Source: Oscillospiraceae bacterium (lineage in GTDB: Bacteria; Bacillota; Clostridia; Oscillospirales; UBA644). Taken from it: a stretch of DNA of 58,912 nt. A program made the position numbers and the translations under genes. Positions 25,642 through 33,647 of the stretch are shown here, piece after piece. The stretch's first letter is position 1, and every line of letters begins with the position of its first letter. The stretch is taken from contig SVMP01000001.1 in NCBI GenBank assembly GCA_015067385.1, positions 1 through 58,912 on the forward strand, in the 5' to 3' direction. Under the pieces are notes generated by a model. The model did no database searches and was not told the DNA's origin. It worked only from the letters and a program-made list of their open reading frames with translations.

Positions 25642-26406
25642 CTAACTGTTTTTTCGGTAAAGGATGTTAAGCCCCTTTAAAACGAGATATTCGTCGAGCA
25701 CAATACTGTGCTTGCAAAGCGGAATTACCGTGCCTGCCATGCCTCCCGTTGCGTAAACGTTCAGCTCCTCGCCGAATTCTTCGTTTATTCGGTCTATCAT
25801 TCCGTCTATCATGCTTGCGTTCCCGAAAAGTACGCCCGACCTCATGCAGTCTGCCGTGTTTTTCGCAATAACACCGTTCGGCATCTCAAGGCTGATCTTC
25901 GGAAGCTGCGCCGTGCCGTCTGAAAGAGCATTAAGCCCCATCATAACGCCGGGAATTATCGATGTTCCGATAAATGCGCCTTTATGATTAACGACCGTCA
26001 TCTTTGTCGCTGTTCCTATATCAATAATAAGAGACGGACTTCCGTAGATGTAATGCGTTGCAACCGCCGCCGCAATTATATCGGCGCCGACTGATGACGG
26101 AATATCGCATTGAATTCCGATGCCGCTTTTTACACCCGGACCGACAAATATCGGTTCTTTACCGAATATAAATTTTATCGCTTTTTTTATTGATGAATTG
26201 AGGGGAGGAACGACCGACGCGACGATTATGCCGGTTATCTTCTTACTGTCTATTCCGTAAAGATTCATCGACTCTAAAAAACGGACGGCAAATTCATCTT
26301 CCGTTCTTTGCATGTTTGCCGAGATTCTCGAAACAAATTTCAGCTCGTCTTTTTCAAAACCGCCGAATGTAATGTTTGTGTTTCCGACATCAACTGTCAG
26401 TATCAT
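25642..26406 (-). CDS. coaX: type III pantothenate kinase
   Basis: MILTVDVGNTNITFG N-terminus, DIGTA and ATGG motifs of CoaX/Bvg accessory factor family. The ATG at 26406 has a GAGAGGAAG RBS. Confidence 0.9.
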   Translation of the reverse strand: MILTVDVGNTNITFGGFEKDELKFVSRISANMQRTEDEFAVRFLESMNLYGIDSKKITGIIVASVVPPLNSSIKKAIKFIFGKEPIFVGPGVKSGIGIQCDIPSSVGADIIAAAVATHYIYGSPSLIIDIGTATKMTVVNHKGAFIGTSIIPGVMMGLNALSDGTAQLPKISLEMPNGVIAKNTADCMRSGVLFGNASMIDGMIDRINEEFGEELNVYATGGMAGTVIPLCKHSIVLDEYLVLKGLNILYRKNS

Positions 26407-26473
26407 CCCGTCACTTCCTCTCTTTCTTGAGTATATCACAGAAAATGTTACATTTCAATACATATTCTCTTTT

Positions 26474-27613
26474 TTATGTGTCAAAATGATATAATATCAT
26501 GTCGAACGTAAATTTCAGCCCCGCAGGAAGACTGTCGATAATAATATATTCTTCCCTTGTGTGCGCGCCTGCACCGTCATAACAACCCACGCAGATCGCA
26601 GGTATTCCCATCGAAAGCGGTATATTGCAGTCCGTAGAACCGTTCGAGAAGTGTATCTCTCGGTCGAAATAACGTCTTGTCGCCTCTGCCGCACGGTCCA
26701 TGAGCTTTTTCATGCCTTCTTCGTCAACATCTCCCTGGCAGGGTCTGTCTCCGACATTAGTCACGGTAACGGTAACACCTTTCGCGCGGTAAAATTCTAT
26801 CGCCGCATTCAGATGCTTTTCCATAATATCCATCGATTCACGGCAGTTTGAACGGAATTCATACAGCATTTCCGCATGTTGCGCTATCGTGTTAACAGAT
26901 GTGCCGCCGCTTATCGTTCCGACATTGTAAGTCGTTTTTCCTTTTTCGGGGACTTTGACCGTGTAAAGCGTATCGATGAGTGATGCAAGGTACGCTATCG
27001 CATTACGGTTGCCGAATGCTCCGTACGAATGACCGCCCTCGGTGTCTATCTCGATTTTGTAACGCTTTGAGCCGACTGCTTCTGTAACCGCATGGCAGTT
27101 GTGGCTGTCGAAAGTCACAAATTCTTTTATACGTTCGCCAAAGTCTTCAAAAAGCTTTTTCGTGCCCTTCAGATTTCCAAGCCCCTCTTCGCAGGAGTTT
27201 ACAACGAAAAGTATGCCGCAATCTCTCGGCTTCAGCTGATTTTGAGCGATATATCTCGCCGCCAGCAAAAGAGCCGTAACGCTTGCCGTGTCGTCACCGA
27301 CGCCGGGGCAGAAAACTTTGCCGTCTCTTATTTCAAGCGGCAGGGGTTCAACATCGGGAAAAACAACGTCACTGTGCGCCGCAAACACCACAAGCGGATT
27401 TCCTTCCGTTACTCCGACAGGATAAATCACGTTTAACGCCTCGTCGATGTAAACGCCCTTCGCACCGTTCTCTTCAAGCCAGTTTTTGCAGAATTCAGCA
27501 CGCTTCTCCTCGTTTCCGGACGGCGCGGGGATCTTCGCCAATGTTAAAAGCAGATTATATTGCTCATCTTTTAAAGTTTCTGTATAATCAAGAATTTTCT
27601 CATCAATTTTCAT
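26474..27613 (-). CDS. M20 family metallopeptidase
   Basis: AHSDVVF, GVGDDTA, NSCEEG and HS..E metal-ligand blocks of M20/M25/M40 peptidases. The ATG at 27613 follows AAAGGAG. Confidence 0.82.
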   Translation of the reverse strand: MKIDEKILDYTETLKDEQYNLLLTLAKIPAPSGNEEKRAEFCKNWLEENGAKGVYIDEALNVIYPVGVTEGNPLVVFAAHSDVVFPDVEPLPLEIRDGKVFCPGVGDDTASVTALLLAARYIAQNQLKPRDCGILFVVNSCEEGLGNLKGTKKLFEDFGERIKEFVTFDSHNCHAVTEAVGSKRYKIEIDTEGGHSYGAFGNRNAIAYLASLIDTLYTVKVPEKGKTTYNVGTISGGTSVNTIAQHAEMLYEFRSNCRESMDIMEKHLNAAIEFYRAKGVTVTVTNVGDRPCQGDVDEEGMKKLMDRAAEATRRYFDREIHFSNGSTDCNIPLSMGIPAICVGCYDGAGAHTREEYIIIDSLPAGLKFTFDMILYHFDT

Positions 27614-27635
27614 TGCTTTTCTCCTTTGGATAGAT

Positions 27636-28361
27636 TTACATCTCATTTACAACCGCTACGATCTTCTTTAAAAGCTCGATATCGAAATCTTCAAATTCGG
27701 TTGCGGAAACGTCGATGCCCGTCAATATTTTCAGCCAAGTCGCTGCGGCGGCAAACCGACCGTAATCCAAAGAAAGATGAAAACCGTCTCGGCAAAGCGA
27801 AAGTCCGCCGTTTTTATAGTCGAACTCCGCAACATTTCTGCGCAGATACTGAATTATCGTGCCGACAGGGATCAATTCTGCATTTACGGACTTTGCCATC
27901 TTTTCCGTAACTCTTATAATGCAGTCGTACATTTGATCCTGATCGTTATTGTACCTTGCAAAATCGCCGTGAGAGGAATCGGTCTCATAAGCCCATGTCT
28001 GATGAAAATACAGTTTTGCGTTCGGAACGGTATTCCTTACAACCTCGACAAGATTTGAAATATACGGCTCGTACGTCTCTTCGAGTCCGCTAAATCCGCT
28101 TACCTGCTGAACGGTGATAACGTCCCAGTCGTCCATTTTAAGTGCTTCCGCGATGCCGATCTTACGCTCCGAGCCGCCGCCGTTTCGTTCAAGATCGTAA
28201 AATTCGTTGTTTTGTTCAACATTCGTCCAGTGAGTCTCAAGACTGCAGCCGCCGATATAAAGGTTCGTTGTTTCCATGCAAACACCGTTGACTTTAGCCA
28301 ACTTATGCAGCCAATTATGCGCATCCTGCGAAAAGCTGTTGCCGATTGAAAGTATTTTCAT
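27636..28361 (-). CDS. DUF4886 (SGNH-like) domain protein
   Basis: MKILSIGNSFSQDA..WL..LA...G.......LYIGGCSLE.HW matches the DUF4886 family N-terminus. Confidence 0.75.
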   Translation of the reverse strand: MKILSIGNSFSQDAHNWLHKLAKVNGVCMETTNLYIGGCSLETHWTNVEQNNEFYDLERNGGGSERKIGIAEALKMDDWDVITVQQVSGFSGLEETYEPYISNLVEVVRNTVPNAKLYFHQTWAYETDSSHGDFARYNNDQDQMYDCIIRVTEKMAKSVNAELIPVGTIIQYLRRNVAEFDYKNGGLSLCRDGFHLSLDYGRFAAAATWLKILTGIDVSATEFEDFDIELLKKIVAVVNEM

Positions 28362-28384
28362 TTTGAAAGCTCCTTGTGAACTGA

Positions 28385-29350
28385 TTATTTTTCTTTGATC
28401 GCTATTAGCAGATCAAGTTGCGAAGTTTCGTCGTTTCTGTCGGGAGAATTATAATAGTAAACATAATTCAGATGCTCTTCCAAAAGTCCGCAACTGCAGC
28501 CGTTTCGGTCTGAAAGATTCATTTCGTATTTGTCACTTTCTGCTACCCATCTGACGAGCCACTCCCACTCTTCGAAATTACCCATAGTTATCGTGTGCGC
28601 CGCATAAAGACCGCCTTCGAAATATTTTTTCGTTAACGGTTCTGCTATCTCCATATCGTCTGGAACAGTTATCCATCGTTCGTAGCCGTGGTTGCCGTTT
28701 TCATCGTCAGCATTCGAGCCGTAATGTCTGGCGGCAGGGTATGCGTTAAATAAATTAACGCTTTCAGCCCAACGGTCGATCACTCCGCCCGTGTATTCTT
28801 CCGGATTGTCGCAAACCGCAGTCACGCTCGCAACCGTCGCAGGCGGCAGATACAGAATTCGAATATCTCTGTCGGTGAGTTTATTGACTTTTTCGCTTGC
28901 GCGGTTCAGCTCTTCAAGATTTTTTTCTTCTTTAAAGTTGATTTTCGTTACGGTAAGCGAATCAACAATATCCATCAGATTCTCGTCATCGGGGAGCATG
29001 AATTTCGTGTCATCGATCTGCAGTTTATTCAGAAAAGATTTTATAATGCTTCTGATCGTCGAAAGCGCCGTTATTTCCCCATCTATTTCAACGAGGTTTT
29101 CTTCAAAAATATCTATCGCAGTCTTCGCGCTGTCGCTTTTTAATATGTCTGCGATCTGTTTGAGGGGAATACGGAGTTTACGTAAAATTATTATCTGCTG
29201 AAGTGTCCGGAGCGTTTCTTCGTCGTAGATCCTGTATGAATTTTCTTCATCGCGTACAGGGCAGATCAGCCCGAGCTGTTCGTAATAACGGAGAGTCCTT
29301 GCCGAAATATTGTATTTCTTTGAAACTTTGCTTATTGACTGCAATTCCAT
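28385..29350 (-). CDS. MerR family transcriptional regulator with C-terminal effector-binding (GyrI-like) domain
   Basis: The N-terminus ISKVSKKYNISARTLRYYEQLGLI is a MerR HTH. This is followed by a coiled-coil linker and an approximately 150-aa ligand-binding-type domain. Confidence 0.82.
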   Translation of the reverse strand: MELQSISKVSKKYNISARTLRYYEQLGLICPVRDEENSYRIYDEETLRTLQQIIILRKLRIPLKQIADILKSDSAKTAIDIFEENLVEIDGEITALSTIRSIIKSFLNKLQIDDTKFMLPDDENLMDIVDSLTVTKINFKEEKNLEELNRASEKVNKLTDRDIRILYLPPATVASVTAVCDNPEEYTGGVIDRWAESVNLFNAYPAARHYGSNADDENGNHGYERWITVPDDMEIAEPLTKKYFEGGLYAAHTITMGNFEEWEWLVRWVAESDKYEMNLSDRNGCSCGLLEEHLNYVYYYNSPDRNDETSQLDLLIAIKEK

Positions 29351-29379
29351 TTTTGAGCTCCTTTTTATTTGATGCTCTT

Positions 29380-29410
29380 ATTATAAAGTATGACGCGATG
29401 TTAATGTCAA
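29380..29410 (-). promoter_or_regulatory. putative MerR-type promoter with 19-bp spacer
   Basis: Minus strand: TTGACA (29410-29405), 19 nt, TATAAT (29385-29380). An over-long spacer is the hallmark of MerR-controlled promoters. Confidence 0.4.
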
Positions 29411-29521
29411 GTACTTTAATAATTAGTTGCTTCTTTTGTTAAAAACAAAGATAAATCAATTTATCTGGTCTTTTATTGAATCCCCAATTAGTAATTGATC
29501 ACATTAAAATTGTTCACTAAC

Positions 29522-30109
29522 TCACATTAAAATGTTCGTTAAAAAGAAGATAACAATTGCCTGCATCACGATCATAAGCGGTATGCCGACCGTGAAATAA
29601 TCCTTTTGAGTCTTGTGTCTGAAAATATACATGCCTAAAAGTCCGCCCACAGCTCCGCCGATAAACGAAAGTCCGAGCAGGGTCACGATCTTTATTCTTG
29701 AACGGTTCTTTATCGCCGCAAGCTTGTCTATGCCGAAAACGATAAATGTTATAAGATTGATTATACCCCAATATATCGGGATAAAGCTGAAATTTTTAAA
29801 GAATGTTAAAAAATCAAACGTGATGTTCTCGCCTAAAAATCCCTTTATCATCAAAAACAGCAGTATCTGTATAACGAAAACGCATATTATCAGAACTCTC
29901 GACATCACATTTCGCTTTTCTATTTTTCTGTTAAACAGCAAAAGCGATAACAAAACACCGACCGAGCCGCCTAATATTGAAAAAACAGTCAACGCTCCGT
30001 CTATCTGCTTGTCCGCCGTATGTGCATAAAGCCAGGCGTTGATCGACGATAAAATAAATCCGAGCACGTTAATTATTATCAGATAATATTCAAAATGGCT
30101 AAGCTCCAT
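29522..30109 (-). CDS. DUF1294 domain membrane protein
   Basis: The C-terminal GIDKLAAIKNRSRI.....LGLSFIGGAVGGLLGMYIFRHKTQK is the DUF1294 signature. The start at 30109 (MELSHFEYY) is preferred over the extended track ORF. Confidence 0.75.
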   Translation of the reverse strand: MELSHFEYYLIIINVLGFILSSINAWLYAHTADKQIDGALTVFSILGGSVGVLLSLLLFNRKIEKRNVMSRVLIICVFVIQILLFLMIKGFLGENITFDFLTFFKNFSFIPIYWGIINLITFIVFGIDKLAAIKNRSRIKIVTLLGLSFIGGAVGGLLGMYIFRHKTQKDYFTVGIPLMIVMQAIVIFFLTNILM

Positions 30110-30248
30110 ATTGTTTTGCCTCATTCGGAAAATTTTTTCTATTATAACATACTGCGAAAAATTTATCAAGTGCCGAAAATATAAAATGCTCCGTTTTTTG
30201 CGGAGCAAGTGAGGAAATTTATTTTATTATGGATAATAAACATTGAAG

Positions 30249-30284
30249 AAAAATAAAAGGACACCGAATTTGGGTGTCCTTTTT
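30249..30284 (-). terminator. rho-independent terminator after the lipoprotein gene
   Basis: Stem GGACACC (30259-30265) / GGGTGTCC (30072+200 region, 30072 not meant; plus coordinates 30273-30279), flanked by an A-run upstream and TTTTT downstream. Confidence 0.55.
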
Positions 30285-30395
30285 CTGCCTTAAATTGGTA
30301 TATAGGTAAATATTGAGGTAAAAACGAACAAAAGATCAACGATTCTTAATAATGTGTTTGTAGGTATATTTGTTTGATTACCGAATTAGACAACA

Positions 30396-30887
30396 TTAAT
30401 TAGCGGGAACAAAAGTTCCTGAAACAGATAAAACATTTATTCTTACATTCTGGTTATTATGATCTCCGAAAACAATATTAGCGATTAGAGAATGTGTTTC
30501 TTCCTTGCTACCATGTGCCGGAATTTTTATTGTTGTAGTTAAATATCCGTCATTTTCAGAATAGGCAGGATCTGAAGAAGATACATCCCACTCTTTTGTT
30601 AAAGCCACTTGCAAAGTAATAGAAGCATTATAAAAACTTCCCGGTACAGCTGGATCTATATTTATGGTGAAATCGGAGTAGCCAAACGTAATACCTATTT
30701 TCTGTTGTCGTTCTATTTTCCCATATTGTCCACTAATAATCAGATATTTCCTTATGTTGTCCTTAGTTAATGTTATTTCAGTCTGTTCGGGAGTCTGTTC
30801 TGGTAATGTTTTTTCAGACTGTTCACAGGCAGCAAGACATACCGATATTAATAAAATAATTGTAAAAATAGATAAGATTTTCTTCAT
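30396..30887 (-). CDS. hypothetical lipoprotein
   Basis: Signal peptide MKKILSIFTIILLISVCLAAC with lipobox L-A-A-C. The ATG at 30887 lies 9 nt after AAGGGGA. No recognisable domain. Confidence 0.6.
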   Translation of the reverse strand: MKKILSIFTIILLISVCLAACEQSEKTLPEQTPEQTEITLTKDNIRKYLIISGQYGKIERQQKIGITFGYSDFTINIDPAVPGSFYNASITLQVALTKEWDVSSSDPAYSENDGYLTTTIKIPAHGSKEETHSLIANIVFGDHNNQNVRINVLSVSGTFVPAN

Positions 30888-30909
30888 AATCAAAATTCCC
30901 CTTCATAAA

Positions 30910-31125
30910 TTAAACTGCTTTTTTTAAACATACTGTTTTTTCTTTGATTTCAATCTGATATCCATATTTTTTTGCTTCTTTCGCAAGTGCGGATTTGTTT
31001 TTTAGATAGTAATAATCTTTAGGTAATGCCTTACCGACACTTTTTTCGTACTGACTTTCAGTTAGTGAAAATTCTTGACTAGCTTCGAATAAGGGTATTA
31101 TTTTTTCAAAGTTCAATTTAGCCAT
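30910..31125 (-). CDS. hypothetical small protein (71 aa)
   Basis: ORF with an AGAGGAGAAG RBS. Divergent from the XRE gene, an arrangement reminiscent of phage/ICE regulatory switches. Confidence 0.5.
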   Translation of the reverse strand: MAKLNFEKIIPLFEASQEFSLTESQYEKSVGKALPKDYYYLKNKSALAKEAKKYGYQIEIKEKTVCLKKAV

Positions 31126-31249
31126 ATCTTCTTCTCCTCTCTATGTGATGTATACATTATATAACGTAAATGTCTATTTGTCAAGGGTTTTTTAATATAT
31201 AATTTTTACATAATATAATGTATGAGTTGTATGATGTATGGAGGATATA

Positions 31250-31453
31250 ATGAAGCTACGTATACTTGATATTTTAGAGAAAAAAGGAAAAACAAAATAT
31301 TGGTTATACATCCAATTAGGTTTAAGTTATCAAAATTTCAATAAAATGGTCAATAATCAAACCAACGGAATTAAATTTGAAAATTTGCAAGCACTTTGTG
31401 ATATTTTGGAATGTACTCCAAACGATTTGTTTGATAAGTATCACGAGAAATAA
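31250..31453 (+). CDS. XRE family helix-turn-helix regulator (67 aa)
   Basis: MKLRILDILEKKGKTKYWLYIQLGLSYQNFNKMVNNQT..IKFENL..LCDILECTPNDLF is an HTH_26/Cro-like domain. ATG follows GGAGGA. Confidence 0.78.
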   Translation: MKLRILDILEKKGKTKYWLYIQLGLSYQNFNKMVNNQTNGIKFENLQALCDILECTPNDLFDKYHEK

Positions 31454-31471
31454 AAAACTCTTCTATAGACT

Positions 31472-31502
31472 AAATCGACAGGTTTTGACCTGTCGATTTT
31501 TG
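31472..31502 (+). terminator. rho-independent terminator after XRE gene
   Basis: Stem ATCGACAGG (31474-31482) / CCTGTCGAT (31489-31497), loop TTTTGA, then TTTTT. Confidence 0.7.
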
Positions 31503-31631
31503 TGTACTGATTATAAAAAGATATTCGACGTTTTTCTGATCGGATTTAAAACGTCACATAGTATTTTTGTCAAACATTAAAGTTCGGCACCATCATAATT
31601 TAAATGGTTATTGGCATTACGATACATCAGT

Positions 31632-31651
31632 ACTGAAAACGACAAGTTTCT
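31632..31651. repeat. 20-bp direct repeat, copy 1 (ACTGAAAACGACAAGTTTCT)
   Basis: Identical to 31902-31921, which forms the 5' half (on the plus strand) of the tRNA-Ser terminator hairpin. Confidence 0.85.
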
Positions 31652-31697
31652 GTCAGCAGAGTACATATTCATAAATTCCGACTTTGAATTAATCTTT

Positions 31698-31904
31698 AGT
31701 GATATTCCGTCTTCGACGGAGTGATATTTTTTTGCCGTGCATAATTTATTGCCGTGCATAATTTTTGCAGTGCAAAAAAGTGATATTAAAGCCTGCGGCT
31801 TTAGTGATATTATATTCGCCTCTTAACTGCCGAAGGCAATATCTCTCGGCGTCAGCCGAATATCACTGCGAAGCAATATCACTCGCCGTAAGGCGAATAT
31901 AACT
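31698..31904. repeat. convergent arrays of the 9-mer AGTGATATT interleaved with short GC hairpins
   Basis: Plus-strand copies at 31698, 31720, 31779 and 31803. Reverse-complement copies (AATATCACT, some with 1 mismatch) at 31838, 31859, 31875 and 31896. Spacers such as CCGTCTTCGACGG, AAAGCCTGCGGCTTT, CGGCGTCAGCCG, GCGAAGC and CGCCGTAAGGCG are each self-complementary. Confidence 0.85.
31732..31778. repeat. tandem repeat TTGCCGTGCATAATTT x2 plus a degenerate third unit
   Basis: Units at 31732-31747 and 31749-31764 are identical. The third unit is TTGCAGTGCAAAAA (31765-31778). Embedded between 9-mer copies 2 and 3. Confidence 0.8.
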
Positions 31905-31921
31905 GAAAACGACAAGTTTCT
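31902..31921. repeat. 20-bp direct repeat, copy 2
   Basis: ACTGAAAACGACAAGTTTCT, identical to 31632-31651. Overlaps the tRNA-Ser terminator stem. Confidence 0.85.
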
Positions 31922-31940
31922 TTTGAAACTTGTCGTTTTC
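31905..31940 (-). terminator. hairpin terminator immediately 3' of tRNA-Ser
   Basis: Perfect 16-bp inverted repeat GAAAACGACAAGTTTC / GAAACTTGTCGTTTTC with TTTT loop, starting 1 nt after the tRNA CCA end. Confidence 0.6.
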
Positions 31941-31941
31941 C

Positions 31942-32029
31942 TGGCGGAGAGTGTGGGATTCGAACCCACGTGGCTTTTGGCCTAACGGTTTTCAAGACCG
32001 CCTCGTTATGACCGCTTCGATAACTCTCC
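31942..32029 (-). tRNA. tRNA-Ser (anticodon UGA), CCA encoded
   Basis: Reverse complement GGAGAGTTATCGAAGCGGTCATAACGAGGCGGTCTTGAAAACCGTTAGGCCAAAAGCCACGTGGGTTCGAATCCCACACTCTCCGCCA. It has a 7-bp acceptor stem, anticodon loop CTTGAAA, a long variable arm and a GGGTTCGAATCCC T-arm. Confidence 0.93.
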
Positions 32030-32138
32030 ATGTATGAAACTGCTTTTACAGAATCACTTGTTATTCAGTTCTTTGGGAAAATACCTTGTGCTTGCCGTTT
32101 GCACGGTTTACTGTCAAGTCTTTCCAACAACATATGAT

Positions 32139-32167
32139 ATTATACAATAAACCGTGCCTTTTGTCAA
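32139..32167 (-). promoter_or_regulatory. putative consensus sigma-A promoter upstream of tRNA-Ser
   Basis: Minus strand: TTGACA (32167-32162), 17 nt, TATAAT (32144-32139). It would give a leader of roughly 100 nt before the tRNA. Confidence 0.5.
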
Positions 32168-32207
32168 GAACGTAATTGCTGTCAAATCCGAAATAATTGT
32201 GAAATGG

Positions 32208-33602
32208 TCATTTTAACACGTTGCCTTCCTCGGTGTCGTACATTATTTTTATATCTTCCTCAACGCCCGTATGCGCATTGATGTAAACATACACCGTGGC
32301 TTCTCCGTATATGTCCTTGCCCGAAAATTCGTAGCAGAGTTTTTCGTGTTCTTCAACACCGTTCGTCGAAATAAGGCAAAGTCGGCTGTTTTCGGGGGTT
32401 ATCGCCGTTACCTTTTTTGCCGCCGCCTCTTCTGTCAGAGAGGGGATGAGGGTTCGTTTGGCAGAGTGCGAAATTAAATATTTGCTTGCGTCAAGCCCGA
32501 TTATCTGTCCGTTATCGAGAGCTATCAATAATGAGATCTTGTCGGGATAGCAGTAAACGTTGTTTTTTACATAAACATAGTCCGCTTTCAGCACGTTCCC
32601 TTCCTCACTGTAAAAAACGCATTCCATGTTTGACATCTTTATTTTTGACAGAAATTCCGAGCCTTTTTTTATTGCTTCGTCAAATGTTAATTCGGCATCC
32701 GATATCTCTCTCATTTTTGAAAAGAAAAGAGGGTAGCCCTGCCTCATCGTCACGGCAATATATTTATCGTCTCCGTCAAAAGTTACGCATTTAATATCCC
32801 CGACCGTCAGATCTTCGCCCTGCGTCAATGCCGACGGCTGACAGTTCAGAATATACGCCGCACGGTTTTTCGCTTCTTCATCGGTTATCGGGTCTTTGTC
32901 CGCAAGAAAAACGCTTTTGGGGTTCGATAAATGGCTCGAATAAAGTCCGTCATAATTAAGTTCGGGAAAATCAAGCCCGTTTTCCATGTTAATTAACGGA
33001 TTTTCGCTGACAAACGTCTCTTCGCCGCCGTCAGTTGATGCTGTAACGTCAGATTGCCCATCCGTGTTCTGTCTGTCATCGAGTGAAATAAAGTCGAGAA
33101 GATCGTCATATTTCAGATTTTCGGAGTTTACTCTGTATTGAAGCTCCGTCATCTGCTGAGAAAGCGAGCGTGCCTGTTCGTAAAGTTTTTTAACAGTCTG
33201 CTTGTCCTCCTCGTCCTGCTCTCCGCCGTTCATCAACTCTTTTGCGAGCGAAAGAACGTATTCGCCCGACTGATTTAAAAATTTCGGTATCTGCTGAAGA
33301 TTTAATTCGTCTGTCGGCAGTTCTTCAAGGCTCGTTTTTGCTGCACCTGCACGTTTCCAGACAGATGCCGCAAGATTCATCGCCTGATACGGTGAAGATG
33401 CGTACATGCTCTTCTGCAGATCGTTGCTTATCCCGTCAAGCTCCTCCGCAAGCTCCGAAAAGCTTTGTTGATACGAATATGCCGCGATCTGCTTTATGCT
33501 CGACGTGCCGTTGTTCGCTTTAATGATCATTCCTGCCGCCACGATCACCGCCGCACCGAGAAAACACAGCATCACCGTCAATACACTTTTTTTTATATAC
33601 AT
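32208..33602 (-). CDS. ypeB: spore germination protein YpeB
   Basis: 464 aa. Has an N-terminal TM, then IAAYSYQQSFSELAEELDGISNDLQKSMYASSPYQ...SVWK.A..AK..L..LP and C-terminal PepSY-like repeats, as in YpeB. Confidence 0.82.
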   Translation of the reverse strand: MYIKKSVLTVMLCFLGAAVIVAAGMIIKANNGTSSIKQIAAYSYQQSFSELAEELDGISNDLQKSMYASSPYQAMNLAASVWKRAGAAKTSLEELPTDELNLQQIPKFLNQSGEYVLSLAKELMNGGEQDEEDKQTVKKLYEQARSLSQQMTELQYRVNSENLKYDDLLDFISLDDRQNTDGQSDVTASTDGGEETFVSENPLINMENGLDFPELNYDGLYSSHLSNPKSVFLADKDPITDEEAKNRAAYILNCQPSALTQGEDLTVGDIKCVTFDGDDKYIAVTMRQGYPLFFSKMREISDAELTFDEAIKKGSEFLSKIKMSNMECVFYSEEGNVLKADYVYVKNNVYCYPDKISLLIALDNGQIIGLDASKYLISHSAKRTLIPSLTEEAAAKKVTAITPENSRLCLISTNGVEEHEKLCYEFSGKDIYGEATVYVYINAHTGVEEDIKIMYDTEEGNVLK

Positions 33603-33607
33603 AAAAA

Positions 33608-33647
33608 CCTCCGATAAAAATCCTTTTTAAGATATTTTTACCGGAGG
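33608..33647 (-). terminator. 14-bp hairpin between rubrerythrin and ypeB whose 3' arm contains the ypeB Shine-Dalgarno
   Basis: Minus-sense CCTCCGGTAAAAAT (33647-33634) pairs with ATTTTTATCGGAGG (33621-33608), with one G-U pair. TTTTT and the ypeB ATG follow immediately. Confidence 0.5.

Larger units (their letters stand above)
30285..31651. mobile_element. AT-rich islet next to tRNA-Ser, possibly a decayed integrative element (no integrase present)
   Basis: Visibly lower GC than the flanks. Carries a divergent XRE/small-protein pair plus an orphan lipoprotein. The right edge coincides with one copy of a 20-bp direct repeat whose partner is in the tRNA-Ser terminator. Confidence 0.3.

Noticed and set aside
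30328-30345. Partial similarity (AAAACGAACAA) to the 20-bp direct repeat, considered as a left att site of the islet
   Set aside because: Only about 10 matching bases in an AT-rich background, which is indistinguishable from chance by eye.
31577-31759. 60-aa minus-strand ORF in the repeat region
   Set aside because: It has no RBS, overlaps the 9-mer/hairpin repeats and the 20-bp direct repeat, and its composition looks non-coding.
31698-31904. CRISPR array or DnaA-box cluster as an explanation for the 9-mer repeats
   Set aside because: The repeats are only 9 bp, the 'spacers' are 7-15 bp and self-complementary, and no cas genes are present, so this is not CRISPR. AGTGATATT matches the DnaA box TTATCCACA / TGTGGATAA at too few positions.
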